Notes: a model not told the origin generated them from the letters alone. Shown: positions 1 through 10,517, counted from the stretch's first letter. The stretch: DNA of 64,000 bases from Candidatus Moraniibacteriota bacterium (GCA_026396175.1 JAPLXG010000006.1:2895-66894); one strand, 5' to 3'. Translations and numbers: made by a program.

Positions 1-934
1 CTATCCTTTCACGACCCTTCAACTGCTTAAAAAATTCCAAATATTCTCCTTCCATATCAACGTCTTCGTCTCCCACGGACTGAATGCCGACTATTCTCAT
101 CTGTTCCGGAAAATCTGCGTTCGACATTTTTTTCAATTTAGCTCCGGATTTAATGGCACTTTCAACTACTTCCTCTGGATCCATATTTTTAAAATAGCCC
201 GCCTCGGCTTCATTTTTAAAATAATCCAGGAAAGGTTTTAAATTTTCTTCTCTTGTCTCCAGCCAAGCTCCGATCAAAATTAAATTATCAATTTTTCTAG
301 CAATCTCTTTAGCTACTTCGCTAGAGCCAGATTCCTGGTTGATGTCATTAATTGAAAGCAAAGATATCCGACCTCCCCATGAATGTCCAATTATATCAAT
401 TTTTTCTATCGCGGAATTGAGTGCTTTTAAGGCTGTCAAAACTTCCCTATTGGCACTATCGAAACTAAAATTTCCCTTACCCAAATATTTATCACTTTCT
501 TTTTTATTCAACTCAGATCTTTCCGGACAATGAACATAATTTTTTGCGCCTTCCCCTTCCACTTTTAAGGCGTTATGCCTCAAAACCAATACCGCCCTGC
601 CATTTTCTGCAAAATCATTTGCATATTTTGATTCTTGTAAAACAAAATCGCCCTTATAGCCCGGGCTAATTATCAGTACTTTTTTAACATCTCCTTCTTT
701 CGGACGATATAATTTCCCCTCCACAGTTTCTCCTGTTTCGGGATTTTTTAATTCCGTCCAAAATATTTCGCGATTTCCTATTTCGACTTCATTGTTGTCT
801 TGATCTATATCTTTTTCAAGTCGAAAAGATCTTTCCGGATTGAAATTCTCACAAAACAAATCCCTTAGGGGTTTGTCTTTTTTTGTTTCTACTTTTGTTT
901 CGGTAAAAGCTGGTTGTGTTGGTATATGTTCCAT
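1..934 (-). CDS. alpha/beta-fold hydrolase (partial, runs off window start)
   Basis: Hand translation from ATG at 934 (MEHIPTQPAF...) gives an open frame with nucleophile elbow IIGHSWGG; absent from the ORF track because no stop lies in the window. Confidence 0.75.
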   Translation of the reverse strand, partial: MEHIPTQPAFTETKVETKKDKPLRDLFCENFNPERSFRLEKDIDQDNNEVEIGNREIFWTELKNPETGETVEGKLYRPKEGDVKKVLIISPGYKGDFVLQESKYANDFAENGRAVLVLRHNALKVEGEGAKNYVHCPERSELNKKESDKYLGKGNFSFDSANREVLTALKALNSAIEKIDIIGHSWGGRISLLSINDINQESGSSEVAKEIARKIDNLILIGAWLETREENLKPFLDYFKNEAEAGYFKNMDPEEVVESAIKSGAKLKKMSNADFPEQMRIVGIQSVGDEDVDMEGEYLEFFKQLKGRERI

Positions 935-1016
935 GGGTATGAGTTTAATAATAAATACGCAATATGCCGTTAACCACAATACTTATAAAAAACAGATAAT
1001 TTAAATTTATTTATTT

Positions 1017-2138
1017 CTATGGCGTCGTTGTTGTGTCAGTCGTACTTGTTGTGCCAAGCGAGGTGTTTAGCAGAGAATTTAACTCATCTGAGCTTTTCGG
1101 TGCGTCAATGCCGAAACTTTTTAGTTTATTTTGCATTGTTTCATCATATGTCAGGCCATATTCGGAAATTTTACTTCCGGCTTCGGTGGCAAAATCGGAA
1201 AAGGCAGTCATAAATCCTTCGATCTTCGAAAGATTGGCAATAGCACCCAGCGGGTCAGAGGGGTCGGACTGAAACAGGTTTCCTATACTTCCGGAATAAA
1301 GGGCAAAGCGCAAAGCTTTAAGGTGAATGTCAATTAAATCTTCCGGCACTTCCACGGCCTTCAATTGTTCGACTATTTTCTTTTGACTGGTCATTAGCTC
1401 TTGCAAGCCGGAAGAGCTTTGAGTGGAGATGGCGGTGGTGATTAGGTTGGTAAAGGTAGAAAGCATCTTGGTTGCATCGGGAATCTTTGTAATCGGTTCG
1501 GGGGAATTGCTGGTAAAAATATATGTTACGGCGGCCAAATAATCAATGCAGTCCTCCTTTCTCTTGGCAGTGGCTTTTTCTGCGCTGAGACTTCCGTAGT
1601 TTTGTTTTTTTATTTTGAAGTCACTTTTACTAACTTGAGGCATATCATCGACGGAAACTGTCTCGGGAGTTAGGGATTGGTCAACTAGCGCCCGAACATC
1701 ATCCATAGTAACCTGTTTGTTTTCAGCGGCGGCTTTGTCATTAAGATCGCTTACTTTTTGAGCAATATCTTCCGTGATATTTTTTTTTGATGAGTCGCCA
1801 AGCACGGCACTAGTCGGATCGACGGGATTGGTTGTGTCGGGAGTTGCAGCTCTTGTTCCATTGAATCCTGCAAGTTTATCTCCCGGTGCTTTTTTCAGCG
1901 GGTTATAACCGCTGCGCACTTCCGCGCCGTCAGAATAGCCGTCGCCGTCCGAGTCGGGATTGTGTGGATCGGTGCCGTAGATTTTTTCTTCGGAATCTGA
2001 AAGACCGTCCTGGTCGCTGTCAAGAAAAACACTTTTGGTGCCGTTGGAATTATTTTGGGCGCCAACATAGAAAGCAAAACTGGAAATAATCAGCAGTGCG
2101 AGAACGAAAAAAGAAAGGCTAATATTTTTTAGTTTCAT
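1017..2138 (-). CDS. secreted/membrane-anchored protein with Ca-binding acidic (TSP3-like) repeats
   Basis: N-terminal hydrophobic helix; DSDQDGLSDSEE..GTDPHNPDSDGDGYSDGAE motif. Confidence 0.7.
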   Translation of the reverse strand: MKLKNISLSFFVLALLIISSFAFYVGAQNNSNGTKSVFLDSDQDGLSDSEEKIYGTDPHNPDSDGDGYSDGAEVRSGYNPLKKAPGDKLAGFNGTRAATPDTTNPVDPTSAVLGDSSKKNITEDIAQKVSDLNDKAAAENKQVTMDDVRALVDQSLTPETVSVDDMPQVSKSDFKIKKQNYGSLSAEKATAKRKEDCIDYLAAVTYIFTSNSPEPITKIPDATKMLSTFTNLITTAISTQSSSGLQELMTSQKKIVEQLKAVEVPEDLIDIHLKALRFALYSGSIGNLFQSDPSDPLGAIANLSKIEGFMTAFSDFATEAGSKISEYGLTYDETMQNKLKSFGIDAPKSSDELNSLLNTSLGTTSTTDTTTTP

Positions 2139-2222
2139 ATGTCGAAATTATACCATAATACTTGTTAATCTGTGAAGGGCTGGCAGCTTTATTTTTTTTG
2201 CTCGTTTTGGTATGATTAGGCT

Positions 2223-3839
2223 ATGAAAAAATTAGCGGAATTTATCGAGACTATTTTGGAAAAAAAGGTGGAGCCGATCTTTTGGTGCTTGACCTTTTTT
2301 GGGATTATTGAGGTACGGCTATACCTGGATAAATTCATCGCAAAATCCAGTTCCCCTTTGTTTGATTTGGTAGTGGACATCCACAATTTGCTCTTCTTTT
2401 TTCTCACAATCGCGCTAGTTTGGCTCATTTTGTGTGGCGTGCTCAAGAAAAATCCGTTTGAGCTGGCGAGTTTTATGCTTTGGGTGGCGCTGGCTATCAT
2501 CTTCCCGCCCATTTTTGATCTCCTGAAAACCGGCAGCGAAGTTTTTTGGAGCTTCTATCTGATCAGTGCGCCAAGTGATTTGATTTGGCAATACGGCACT
2601 ATTTTTGGTCATTTGCCTTCTGGGGTGGTTTATTTCGGCACTAAGATAGTTTTTGTCATCGGCGTGATATTACTCACCGGTCTGGTATACATAAAAACCA
2701 AAAAGTTTTCAAAAACTATTTTTACTGCTATCGGAACATATTCCGCGTTGTTTTTGATGGCGGCGTTTCCTTCGCTGTTTTATTATTTTGTCAGAGTCAT
2801 TTTGGGAAAGGCGGTTTTTTCCGTCTATGCCTTTGAGGTGATTCAATTTTTCGCCAAGTCAAGAATTTTTGGCATCGAGCTGGCGCCCGTTTTTGCTTTG
2901 CCCTATAACTTAAATTTAATTTATTTCCCGCTTTGCCTTGTCATCCTGGGCTATTTTTTCTGGAAGTCAGAGCCGAAAATGTTTCGAGCGGCCGTTCATA
3001 ATTTTCGTTATCCGCAAGTCATTTTTCACACAGGGCTCTTGTTTTTAGGCCTAGGCGTTGGTTTTTGGGAATATCAGGAAAATTTTGAGCTGAATTTGTT
3101 TTCCCTCTCGGCGGTTTTTTGTGTTCTTCTCAGCGTTCTTTTGGCTTGGGAAGCGTCAGTGGTAGTGAACGATATTCTTGATTATCAGGTGGACGCCGTT
3201 TCCAATCCGGAGCGGCCACTACAAAAAGGCATTTTTACGACTAGTCAATACGCGCAGTTTGGGGCGATTATGTTTTTTCTTTCAATCGTTGGCGCCGGAA
3301 TGGTAAATTACAAATTTGGTATTTTGCTTTTCATATATCAAGTTTTAGCTTGGTTCTACTCAGCCGAGCCTTTTCGCCTGAAGCGTTTTGTGCCAATCGC
3401 GTCAATCCTCAGCGCGGTGACGCTGCTCACGGTCTTTTTTTCCGGCTTCATTTTTTTCTCGCCCGAACAAAATCTGGAACGTCTTTCCTGGCGAATCATT
3501 TTTCTCCTGCTGATTACCTACACAGTTTCTTTGCCCATCAAAGATTTCAAAGACATTGAAGGCGACAAAAAAGACGGCGTGCGCACGATCCCGGTAATTT
3601 TTGGCGAAGAAAAAGGCCACCTCATAGTGGCTTCCGGCATTTTTCTGTCCTACGTGCTCAGCGTTTTTTTTATCAATGAATTTAGACTTTTTTGGTGGGC
3701 GATTCTTTTTGGCTCACTTTCTTTTTTGGTAGTGACCAACAAAAAAATCCACCCCAGACGTGTCTTTTGGTGGATTCTTCCACTAGTCACAATCTACGGC
3801 CTCATCGCGGTGAAGGTGGTTTTTGAGTTGACTTTTTAG
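2223..3839 (+). CDS. UbiA-family prenyltransferase with extra N-terminal membrane domain
   Basis: NDILDYQVDAVSNPERPL and KDFKDIEGD aspartate-rich motifs; many TM helices. Confidence 0.85.
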   Translation: MKKLAEFIETILEKKVEPIFWCLTFFGIIEVRLYLDKFIAKSSSPLFDLVVDIHNLLFFFLTIALVWLILCGVLKKNPFELASFMLWVALAIIFPPIFDLLKTGSEVFWSFYLISAPSDLIWQYGTIFGHLPSGVVYFGTKIVFVIGVILLTGLVYIKTKKFSKTIFTAIGTYSALFLMAAFPSLFYYFVRVILGKAVFSVYAFEVIQFFAKSRIFGIELAPVFALPYNLNLIYFPLCLVILGYFFWKSEPKMFRAAVHNFRYPQVIFHTGLLFLGLGVGFWEYQENFELNLFSLSAVFCVLLSVLLAWEASVVVNDILDYQVDAVSNPERPLQKGIFTTSQYAQFGAIMFFLSIVGAGMVNYKFGILLFIYQVLAWFYSAEPFRLKRFVPIASILSAVTLLTVFFSGFIFFSPEQNLERLSWRIIFLLLITYTVSLPIKDFKDIEGDKKDGVRTIPVIFGEEKGHLIVASGIFLSYVLSVFFINEFRLFWWAILFGSLSFLVVTNKKIHPRRVFWWILPLVTIYGLIAVKVVFELTF

Positions 3840-3920
3840 GGGATTTGTGCGAGGATGGAAAGTCGAAAGAGGCTAAGATAAATAATTAAACTTGTAACTT
3901 AAAAATTTGGGAGGTGAAAT

Positions 3921-4250
3921 ATGGCAGATGATGATGGAATTGGTGAACTTATTGCCTTGGGACTTATTGTTCTTATCGGAGCTGGCATATATGCGGTTCT
4001 TTGTGCCTTTGGATCACACGAATGTGGTGACGAGGTGACGAAAGAAGAGCTAACTAGGGCCAACTCAGAGGTGTCGGATGACGACAATAATGATGAAAAA
4101 TCTTTGTGTCAAGAAGCGGAAGAAAGAGGCGAGGATGTTTGCTGGAAGTGTCTTACAGTAGAGCCACAACGCTGTGGCGGTTGTGGCGGGTGTATTAAGT
4201 GCAATGGGGATGATGACGGAAGCGGTACTTGCTGTAGCTGGTGTGGATAG
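3921..4250 (+). CDS. small Cys-rich membrane-anchored hypothetical protein
   Basis: RBS GGGAGGTG; N-terminal TM; CxxC clusters; terminator follows. Confidence 0.7.
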   Translation: MADDDGIGELIALGLIVLIGAGIYAVLCAFGSHECGDEVTKEELTRANSEVSDDDNNDEKSLCQEAEERGEDVCWKCLTVEPQRCGGCGGCIKCNGDDDGSGTCCSWCG

Positions 4251-4339
4251 CTATTAGTTTAAGTCTCCATCTTGTGAACTATCTCACTGTTGGCTCATAT
4301 CTCCGATATGAAGCATTCACTTCTAACGCACCTTATAGC

Positions 4340-4372
4340 AAAAGGGCAACTTATAAATTAAGTTGCCCTTTT
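4340..4372 (+). terminator. rho-independent terminator
   Basis: aaaagggcaactt-ataaatt-aagttgccctttt hairpin. Confidence 0.7.
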
Positions 4373-4429
4373 CCATTTGTCTCGAACTATGATTTTTATG
4401 ATTGAATGATTAGCGGGATTAAAAACAAA

Positions 4430-4469
4430 TGTCATCCTGAGCGCAGCGCAGCGGAGTCGAAGGATCTGC
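4430..4469. repeat. family B repeat, left arm only
   Basis: tgtcatcctgagcg...gtcgaaggatctgc matches the left arm of the 25303-25442 copy. Confidence 0.8.
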
Positions 4470-4498
4470 TTTGTATTATTCAGAGCTTTATTTATATC

Positions 4499-4656
4499 TC
4501 CTTCGCCCTTCGGGAGAAGGTGGCCGAAGGCCGGATGAGGGCAAGGGTAATATAAAATAGAGATTAATATAAATAAGAATGATTAGTGGAGTATCAACAC
4601 CCTTGCCCTCACCTGTCACGTGCTCGTGACATCCTCTCCCGGAGGGCGAGGAAGGA
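4499..4656. repeat. family A paired palindromic repeat (MITE/REPIN-like)
   Basis: cttcgcccttcgggagaagg..ggatgaggg / ccctcacctgtc..cctctcccggagggcgagg; arms near-identical to 6534-6697. Confidence 0.85.
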
Positions 4657-4665
4657 TGCTTTATT

Positions 4666-5511
4666 TTATATCAATTCCACCAACTTTTTCCAATCCTCCA
4701 AACTCAATTCTTGCGCTCGTTGATTTTGGGAAATCTCAATTTGTTTCAACTTTTCTTCAACAACAGCTTTTTCTAATTTCAAACTACTTGAAAGATTATT
4801 AACCAGTGTTTTTCTTTTAGCCGAAAACCCAGCTTTTACAATCCGAAAAAACTTTTTCATTCCTTCTTTGTTTCTTGTTTCTTGTTTCTTGTTTCTTGCT
4901 ATCCTGATAACTGCACTATCCACCTCCGGCACAGGAAAAAAAGCCTTTGCCGGAACAGTGAAAAGCAACTCTGGAGTAGCATAATATTGCACAGACAAAG
5001 CCAAAATACTCATCTTTCCGGCTTTGGCACAAATCCGCTCCGCCACTTCTTTTTGTACCATCAAAATCATTTCTGTCGGTGGATATTTTGTTTCCAAAAA
5101 TAAGCGAATAATTGGTGAAGTGATGTAATAGGGAATATTAGCAACCACTTTGTATTTAGTATCTGGTATCTGGTATTTGGTATTTTGTAAAATCAATTCG
5201 GGCAAATTTATTTCTAAGATATCGCCAAGCACTATTGTGGTGTTACTTTTGGAATTTAAAATTTTATCATTTGGATTTGATTTCAAATTTAAAATTTCAA
5301 ATTTCAAATTGCGAGCTGTCTTTTTCGCCAATTCCTCATCCGTTTCTATGGCAATCACTTTTCCCGCAAGCCTTGCTAGTTCTTTCGTCAGCACTCCTTC
5401 CCCCGGCCCCACCTCAATCACCAAATCATCCGCACTCAAATTAGCAGCTTGGATAATTTTGTCTAAAACGGTTTTATCTCGCAAAAAATTTTGACCTAAT
5501 TTTGTCGGCAT
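4666..5511 (-). CDS. rsmA: 16S rRNA m6,2A dimethyltransferase RsmA/KsgA
   Basis: LGQNFL, EVGPGEGVLT, VANIPYYIT, MVQKEVAERI motifs. Confidence 0.97.
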   Translation of the reverse strand: MPTKLGQNFLRDKTVLDKIIQAANLSADDLVIEVGPGEGVLTKELARLAGKVIAIETDEELAKKTARNLKFEILNLKSNPNDKILNSKSNTTIVLGDILEINLPELILQNTKYQIPDTKYKVVANIPYYITSPIIRLFLETKYPPTEMILMVQKEVAERICAKAGKMSILALSVQYYATPELLFTVPAKAFFPVPEVDSAVIRIARNKKQETRNKEGMKKFFRIVKAGFSAKRKTLVNNLSSSLKLEKAVVEEKLKQIEISQNQRAQELSLEDWKKLVELI

Positions 5512-5580
5512 ATACTTTGGGTAAGAGGTAGTTAAGATTTTAGTACGCGATACTAAATACTAGATACCAAATACCAAATA

Positions 5581-6522
5581 CTAATTAAGTACTTCTTCCA
5601 CTTTCACGCCAATCACCCCTGCACCAATCGAAGCGATTTTTTGGAAAGCGACTTTGTCGAGATCGATGATGCGGCCTTTGCCTTGGGGGCCGTAGTCGTT
5701 GATTTGAACAATGACCGATTTGCCATTGGCAGTATTGGTTACTCTAGCATAATTTCCTCTGGCAATGGTAGTGCTGGCGGCAAATAGTCCGCCTTTGAAG
5801 GCGTACCAGGTGCCGATGCCCTTTTGGGCATTGCCGGTTTTAACATAGGTGCCCTGAGTGATCACTTCGGTCACTGGATCCTTGGTGATATTTTTTTCCA
5901 GCACAACGCGAGAAATTTCTTTGCCGTCACGATATGTAATTTTATATTTCACCTCGCGGATACCCGTTTCTCCTTCAGTTTGGGTGCTTTTTTCCCGCCA
6001 ACCCATTTTGTTATCCAGCTTGGTGATAGTTTTGTAGGCGATATCTTCCGGGATGACTTTTTCTTCCACATTGATGCGCGTGACAATGATTTGGGTATTA
6101 TTTTCCAAAAAACCGTTTACATCCGGCGTGGTTTTGTCCAAGCGTCCCAGCGTGACATTATTTTCGCCCAAAACTGTCACAATGTTTTTTGCGATAGTGT
6201 AATTTTCAATCTTTTTTCCATCCACTAGAATTTTTATGTTAACTGCTCGACGAATTCGGATATTCTCTCCTGGTAACAGGAGGCTAGCTTTATCCGGTAG
6301 GACTTCGTCGTGTTCAGAAAGGGTGATTTTTTGTTCAGCTAGAAAGTTATCCACAGTCTGCGCACTCGAATTTAGGCTTGAAGTAAGCCCATTATCGGAA
6401 AGGGTGACTAATCTTGGTTGCTCAGAAAAAAGTAATTCTCTTTTTTGCGAATGAAAAAAAGTCCTCCATAGGATGAAGATTATGAGTGTGAAAAATAGTA
6501 ATTTAATGAATTTTTTGGGCAT
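5581..6522 (-). CDS. DUF348/G5-domain protein with C-terminal RlpA-like (DPBB) domain
   Basis: TM anchor, G5-like PVTEVITQGT, VTNTANGKSVIVQINDYGP..RIIDL. Confidence 0.85.
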   Translation of the reverse strand: MPKKFIKLLFFTLIIFILWRTFFHSQKRELLFSEQPRLVTLSDNGLTSSLNSSAQTVDNFLAEQKITLSEHDEVLPDKASLLLPGENIRIRRAVNIKILVDGKKIENYTIAKNIVTVLGENNVTLGRLDKTTPDVNGFLENNTQIIVTRINVEEKVIPEDIAYKTITKLDNKMGWREKSTQTEGETGIREVKYKITYRDGKEISRVVLEKNITKDPVTEVITQGTYVKTGNAQKGIGTWYAFKGGLFAASTTIARGNYARVTNTANGKSVIVQINDYGPQGKGRIIDLDKVAFQKIASIGAGVIGVKVEEVLN

Positions 6523-6533
6523 CTATATTTATA

Positions 6534-6697
6534 TCCCCTTCGCCCTTCGGGAGAAGGTGGCCCGCCGCGGCGGGCCGGATGAGGGCAAGGGCTTTATATT
6601 AAGAAAATACTAAATTAGCAAAGTTTATTCTTAGTTTATGACCCTTGCCCTCACCTGTCACGTGCTCGTGACATCCTCTCCCGGAGGGCGAGGAGGA
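6534..6697. repeat. family A paired palindromic repeat
   Basis: Same arms as 4499-4656; inner ccgaagg hairpin replaced by cccgccgcggcggg. Confidence 0.85.
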
Positions 6698-6706
6698 ATC
6701 CGACTT

Positions 6707-8233
6707 CTACTCACTCTTAAACCTGTACTGAATCGCCTCGGCGATGTGATTTGGTTTGATGCTTTCTGATTCTTCGAGGTCGGCAATCGTTCTTGCAACT
6801 TTGATAATCCGGAAATAGGCGCGCGCGCTGAGATAGAAGCTCGATAGCGCGTTTTTCATCAGCTCTGCTCCGGCGGTGTCCAGTTGGCAATATTTTTTGA
6901 TTTGCTCGCTTTCCATTTCACTGTTTGCGACTATTTTTGAGTCCAAAAAGCGCTTCTTTTGAATTTCGCGGGCTTTTTCTACGCGCAGTCGGATACTTTC
7001 GGAACCTTCTTGGGGGCTGGTTTCTGCTAATTTTTCGAATTTCAAACGCGGAACTTCAATGTGCAGATCAATGCGATCTAGAATCGGCCCGGAAATCTTG
7101 GCTTGGTAGCGAATAATATTTCCCGGACTGCAAGAGCAAGCCTTTTCCGGGTCAGTGGCGTTGCCGCAAGGACAAGGATTCATCGCGGCGACGAGGGTAA
7201 AACGAGCGGGAAATTCCAGCGTGCCTTGAGCGCGGGAAATGGTAATAAGGCCGTTTTCCAGTGGTTGACGTAGATTCTCCAAAACGGAACGAGAGAACTC
7301 AGAAAACTCGTCCAAAAACAGTATACCACGATGCGCGAGACTTATCTCGCCGGGTTTTGGGAATGTGCCACCACCGACGAGCGATGCGGCGCTCGCTGAG
7401 TGATGAGGAGAGCGGAATTGTCTTTTGGTGATGAGGCTATTTTCTTTGGGCAGGTAACCGGCGACGGAAAATATTTTTGTCACTTCCAATGCTTCGGGCA
7501 CGGTGAGGCGGGGCAAAATCGAAGTCATCGTTTTAGCAAGCAAGGTTTTTCCTGATCCGGGCGGGCCGTTGAGCAAAATATTATGCGCTCCGGCTGAAGC
7601 AATTTCCAAAGCTCGCTTGGCGTGTTCTTGCCCGCGGATATTTTTCATGTCATAGAGGTGCTCCTCTTGCTGAAAAAGTTTTTCCAGATCAGTTTTGGGA
7701 AAAAAATCGAGTGTCGCAATGTTTTCCAAGTGATTAAGCAACTCTTTGAGAGTAGAAACGGCAATGATATTGATTCCGTCAATAATTGAAGCTTCCTTGG
7801 CATTTTCCCGGGGAACAAAAAGCGTGTTGATGCCTTTTTCTTTAGCAAAAATAGTAACAAGTAGGACTCCCTTCACGGGCCTGATTCTGCCGTCTAGCGA
7901 TAGTTCCCCGATAAAAAGCTTATTAGTGTGGTTAAAGGTAATTTGCTTGGTGGCGAGGAGAAATCCCAGAGCAATTGGTAAGTCATAGAGCGGACCGACT
8001 TTTGGTAAATCAGCCGGAGCAAGATTCACTGTGATGCGACCACAGCGGTGTGGAGCGATAAGCCCACTATTTTTGATGGCCGAGCTGACGCGATCTTGCG
8101 ATTCTTTGATGGCAGTGTCAGGCAAACCGACAATATTGAAATGATGCATCCCAGCCGAAAGTGTGTCGACTTCCACTTCAACCAGCGCGCTTTTGAGACC
8201 AATAACAGCAGCAGAAAAAACTTTTGCGGACAT
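6707..8233 (-). CDS. comM: YifB/ComM Mg-chelatase-like AAA+ ATPase
   Basis: VGLPDTAIKES, NLAPADLPK, GPPGSGKT, AAMNPCPCG. Confidence 0.95.
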   Translation of the reverse strand: MSAKVFSAAVIGLKSALVEVEVDTLSAGMHHFNIVGLPDTAIKESQDRVSSAIKNSGLIAPHRCGRITVNLAPADLPKVGPLYDLPIALGFLLATKQITFNHTNKLFIGELSLDGRIRPVKGVLLVTIFAKEKGINTLFVPRENAKEASIIDGINIIAVSTLKELLNHLENIATLDFFPKTDLEKLFQQEEHLYDMKNIRGQEHAKRALEIASAGAHNILLNGPPGSGKTLLAKTMTSILPRLTVPEALEVTKIFSVAGYLPKENSLITKRQFRSPHHSASAASLVGGGTFPKPGEISLAHRGILFLDEFSEFSRSVLENLRQPLENGLITISRAQGTLEFPARFTLVAAMNPCPCGNATDPEKACSCSPGNIIRYQAKISGPILDRIDLHIEVPRLKFEKLAETSPQEGSESIRLRVEKAREIQKKRFLDSKIVANSEMESEQIKKYCQLDTAGAELMKNALSSFYLSARAYFRIIKVARTIADLEESESIKPNHIAEAIQYRFKSE

Positions 8234-8253
8234 AGTTTATTTTTTTAAATTTT

Positions 8254-8739
8254 TTATTTATACCCTCTTCTCCCGAGGGGAGAAGAGGATTTGATTATTA
8301 AAAGAAAAACTCCCAAGCAGATAAATATATCAGCCAAATTGAAAATTGGCCAGACCTTGAAATCAATAAAGTCTATTACGCAACCATAATGTAGTCTATC
8401 AAAAAGATTAGAAAGTGCGCCAGCAAGGATAAGAATCAAAGAATAATTTGAAATTTTAAATTTAAAATTTGAATTCAAATTAAAATTTTTAAATTTGAAA
8501 TTAAATAATTCATTTCTAATTTCAAACTTCAAATTCAAAATTAAAAAACTGACAAAAACAACAATGGCTATAATAAATCCTAGTATTGCCCAATTCGGCA
8601 GGCTTATCCCAAATGCTACGCCCTTGTTGCAAATATAAAATCCGCCAAAAGAGCGGATGATATATTTCGCTAACTGATCAATAAAAATCAGCAAGATTAT
8701 CAGTAGAAATGAGTTTTTATTCGTAGATTCGCATTTCAT
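8254..8739 (-). CDS. lspA: signal peptidase II
   Basis: [32 protein letters not shown]; start moved downstream of the dksA-like gene. Confidence 0.92.
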   Translation of the reverse strand: MKCESTNKNSFLLIILLIFIDQLAKYIIRSFGGFYICNKGVAFGISLPNWAILGFIIAIVVFVSFLILNLKFEIRNELFNFKFKNFNLNSNFKFKISNYSLILILAGALSNLFDRLHYGCVIDFIDFKVWPIFNLADIFICLGVFLLIIKSSSPLGRRGYK

Positions 8740-8758
8740 TCGTAGTTTCGAATCGGGT

Positions 8759-9106
8759 TTAACATTTAATACAAGTCTTGGCACTCGGATTGGCGCGCAG
8801 CCGTTCGATATCGATTTCTTTTTGGCAGTTTTCACAAAGCCCATAGGTGCCTTTTTCCATCCGTTCCAGCGCGCTGATTATATCTTGCAGCTTTTTTTCC
8901 AAAGTGACTTCCACAGGCAAATTGTCCGTGTACTCTTCGACCTCAGTTGTGTTGTCTTCGCGGTCAGTTCCGACTTCGCCAAAAGTGGTTTCATAGTCCC
9001 CTTTTTCCTTGTCCACGGGTCGTGCAATGCGGGCTAGATTTTCCTCTAGATCAGTCCTTTCTTTTAATAAAAGAGCCTTCAGCTCGTCGAGTACTTGTTT
9101 ATCCAT
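8759..9106 (-). CDS. TraR/DksA C4-type zinc finger protein
   Basis: [25 protein letters not shown]. Confidence 0.92.
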   Translation of the reverse strand: MDKQVLDELKALLLKERTDLEENLARIARPVDKEKGDYETTFGEVGTDREDNTTEVEEYTDNLPVEVTLEKKLQDIISALERMEKGTYGLCENCQKEIDIERLRANPSAKTCIKC

Positions 9107-9222
9107 AGTTGTTAGTTTAGTTGGTTAGTTTCCTTGCTGCTCTATTTTAGCAAAAATGCAGGAGGTTGTCTATTTTTAATTTTTTAGGCAGGCTCGTGTT
9201 TGTGATGGAAAAGTCCCTATTA

Positions 9223-9399
9223 TGTCATTCTGAGCGAAGCGGAGCGAAGTCGAAGAATCTGCCATGGGTTATCATAAGCTTTACTATATTACATAAAACT
9301 TTCGGTAGTGGATAGTAGATCCTTGTGCCACCGCTAAAGCTACGGCGACACGCGATCGACTGCGTCCGTCCGCCAGCTGGCGGATCGCTCAGGATGATA
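9223..9399. mobile_element. family B MITE-like element with secondary insertions
   Basis: TIRs tgtcattctgagcg / cgctcaggatgata; right arm interrupted by about 32 nt hairpin and tccgccagctggcgga. Confidence 0.8.
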
Positions 9400-9405
9400 A
9401 TCAAA

Positions 9406-9792
9406 TTAAATTGCCTTAATATGTTTTATCTTAGCTCTTCGAGCGCTCTCATTGATCCAAACAGCAATCACATCAAAGCGATAAGCGCAGTCCGTTAAAT
9501 TATTCTGCTTGAGATAAAAATAGGCGATTTTGTTCAGCCTTTGCAGTTTGTGATAGTTAACATTTTCTTCCGGGTTAGTGTTGCCAAATTTGTGCATTTC
9601 CCTGGCTTTGACTTCGACAAAAACTAACTCATCTTTTTCCAAATCTTTGGCAATAATGTCAATTTCTCCCAAGCGGCGGCCGCTCGGGTTAGCATAGTTC
9701 ATAGCAATGATTTCATAACCCTTGCTTTTGAGATAGTTAGCGGAAATGGTTTCGCCTAAGTTCCCGAAAGATTTTTTTAGTGTAATTGGCAT
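9406..9792 (-). CDS. yraN: YraN family (UPF0102) protein
   Basis: GNLGE..YL..KGY, GEIDIIA, LVFVEVK, RFDVIAV. Confidence 0.93.
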   Translation of the reverse strand: MPITLKKSFGNLGETISANYLKSKGYEIIAMNYANPSGRRLGEIDIIAKDLEKDELVFVEVKAREMHKFGNTNPEENVNYHKLQRLNKIAYFYLKQNNLTDCAYRFDVIAVWINESARRAKIKHIKAI

Positions 9793-10355
9793 GTGCTTAT
9801 TATAGCAAGCAATTTTTGAGAAAACAAAAAACACCCTTTCTTTGGTGCTTCTTTGCGCTTATTGACTATTATTATTTACCCTAGTTTCTCATAAAGGTAT
9901 GGAAACCAGGGCGTTCAAACGCCCGGATTAATAAATAATTTGAACGAGAACGCCCCAGTGTTTGTCATGTATCAACATGCAACATGGAAACATTTTTCGA
10001 GGGTGAGTTCGATTGTGTTAAATAATGTACATGTATTTTGACTACATAACAGAAAGATTATCCCCGTTCTAACGGTTCGGGAATGTTGTTTTACCATTCT
10101 CTGGCACGATGGCCTTTAAATGGGAAGGTACTATGCTAGATGATACTAGCTATTTTTATTTTTTGTTTTTATATTTTTAACAAAAAAGTTTTTGTTTTTA
10201 TTTTAGGGTCTCTGATGTTAGAGATCAGAGCGGCTCGGGCGCGTTGGCCCAAACACTTGAACAGTAAAACAGTTTTCAATCGCAGATAGGGGGAAATTGC
10301 GATTGAAAACTGCTTTACCGTTCGTAACTGTGAGTTTTTAATGTTCAATATATTT

Positions 10356-10384
10356 ATTATAGCAGGAAAAGGATGTCAGGTCAA
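10356..10384 (-). promoter_or_regulatory. sigma70-type promoter facing an ORF-free region
   Basis: Minus strand TTGACC-17 nt-TATAAT. Confidence 0.6.
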
Positions 10385-10517
10385 TGAGGAAATGTATTTG
10401 GCTTAAACAGCCAGTGTCTTGCTGGGATAAAAATATTAATGAACCGAATTAACTGCTTTTGAAAATGCGGTTTTAAAAAGTAATTTACTTTTTAGCGCCG
10501 CAAGTAAGCCATTATTT

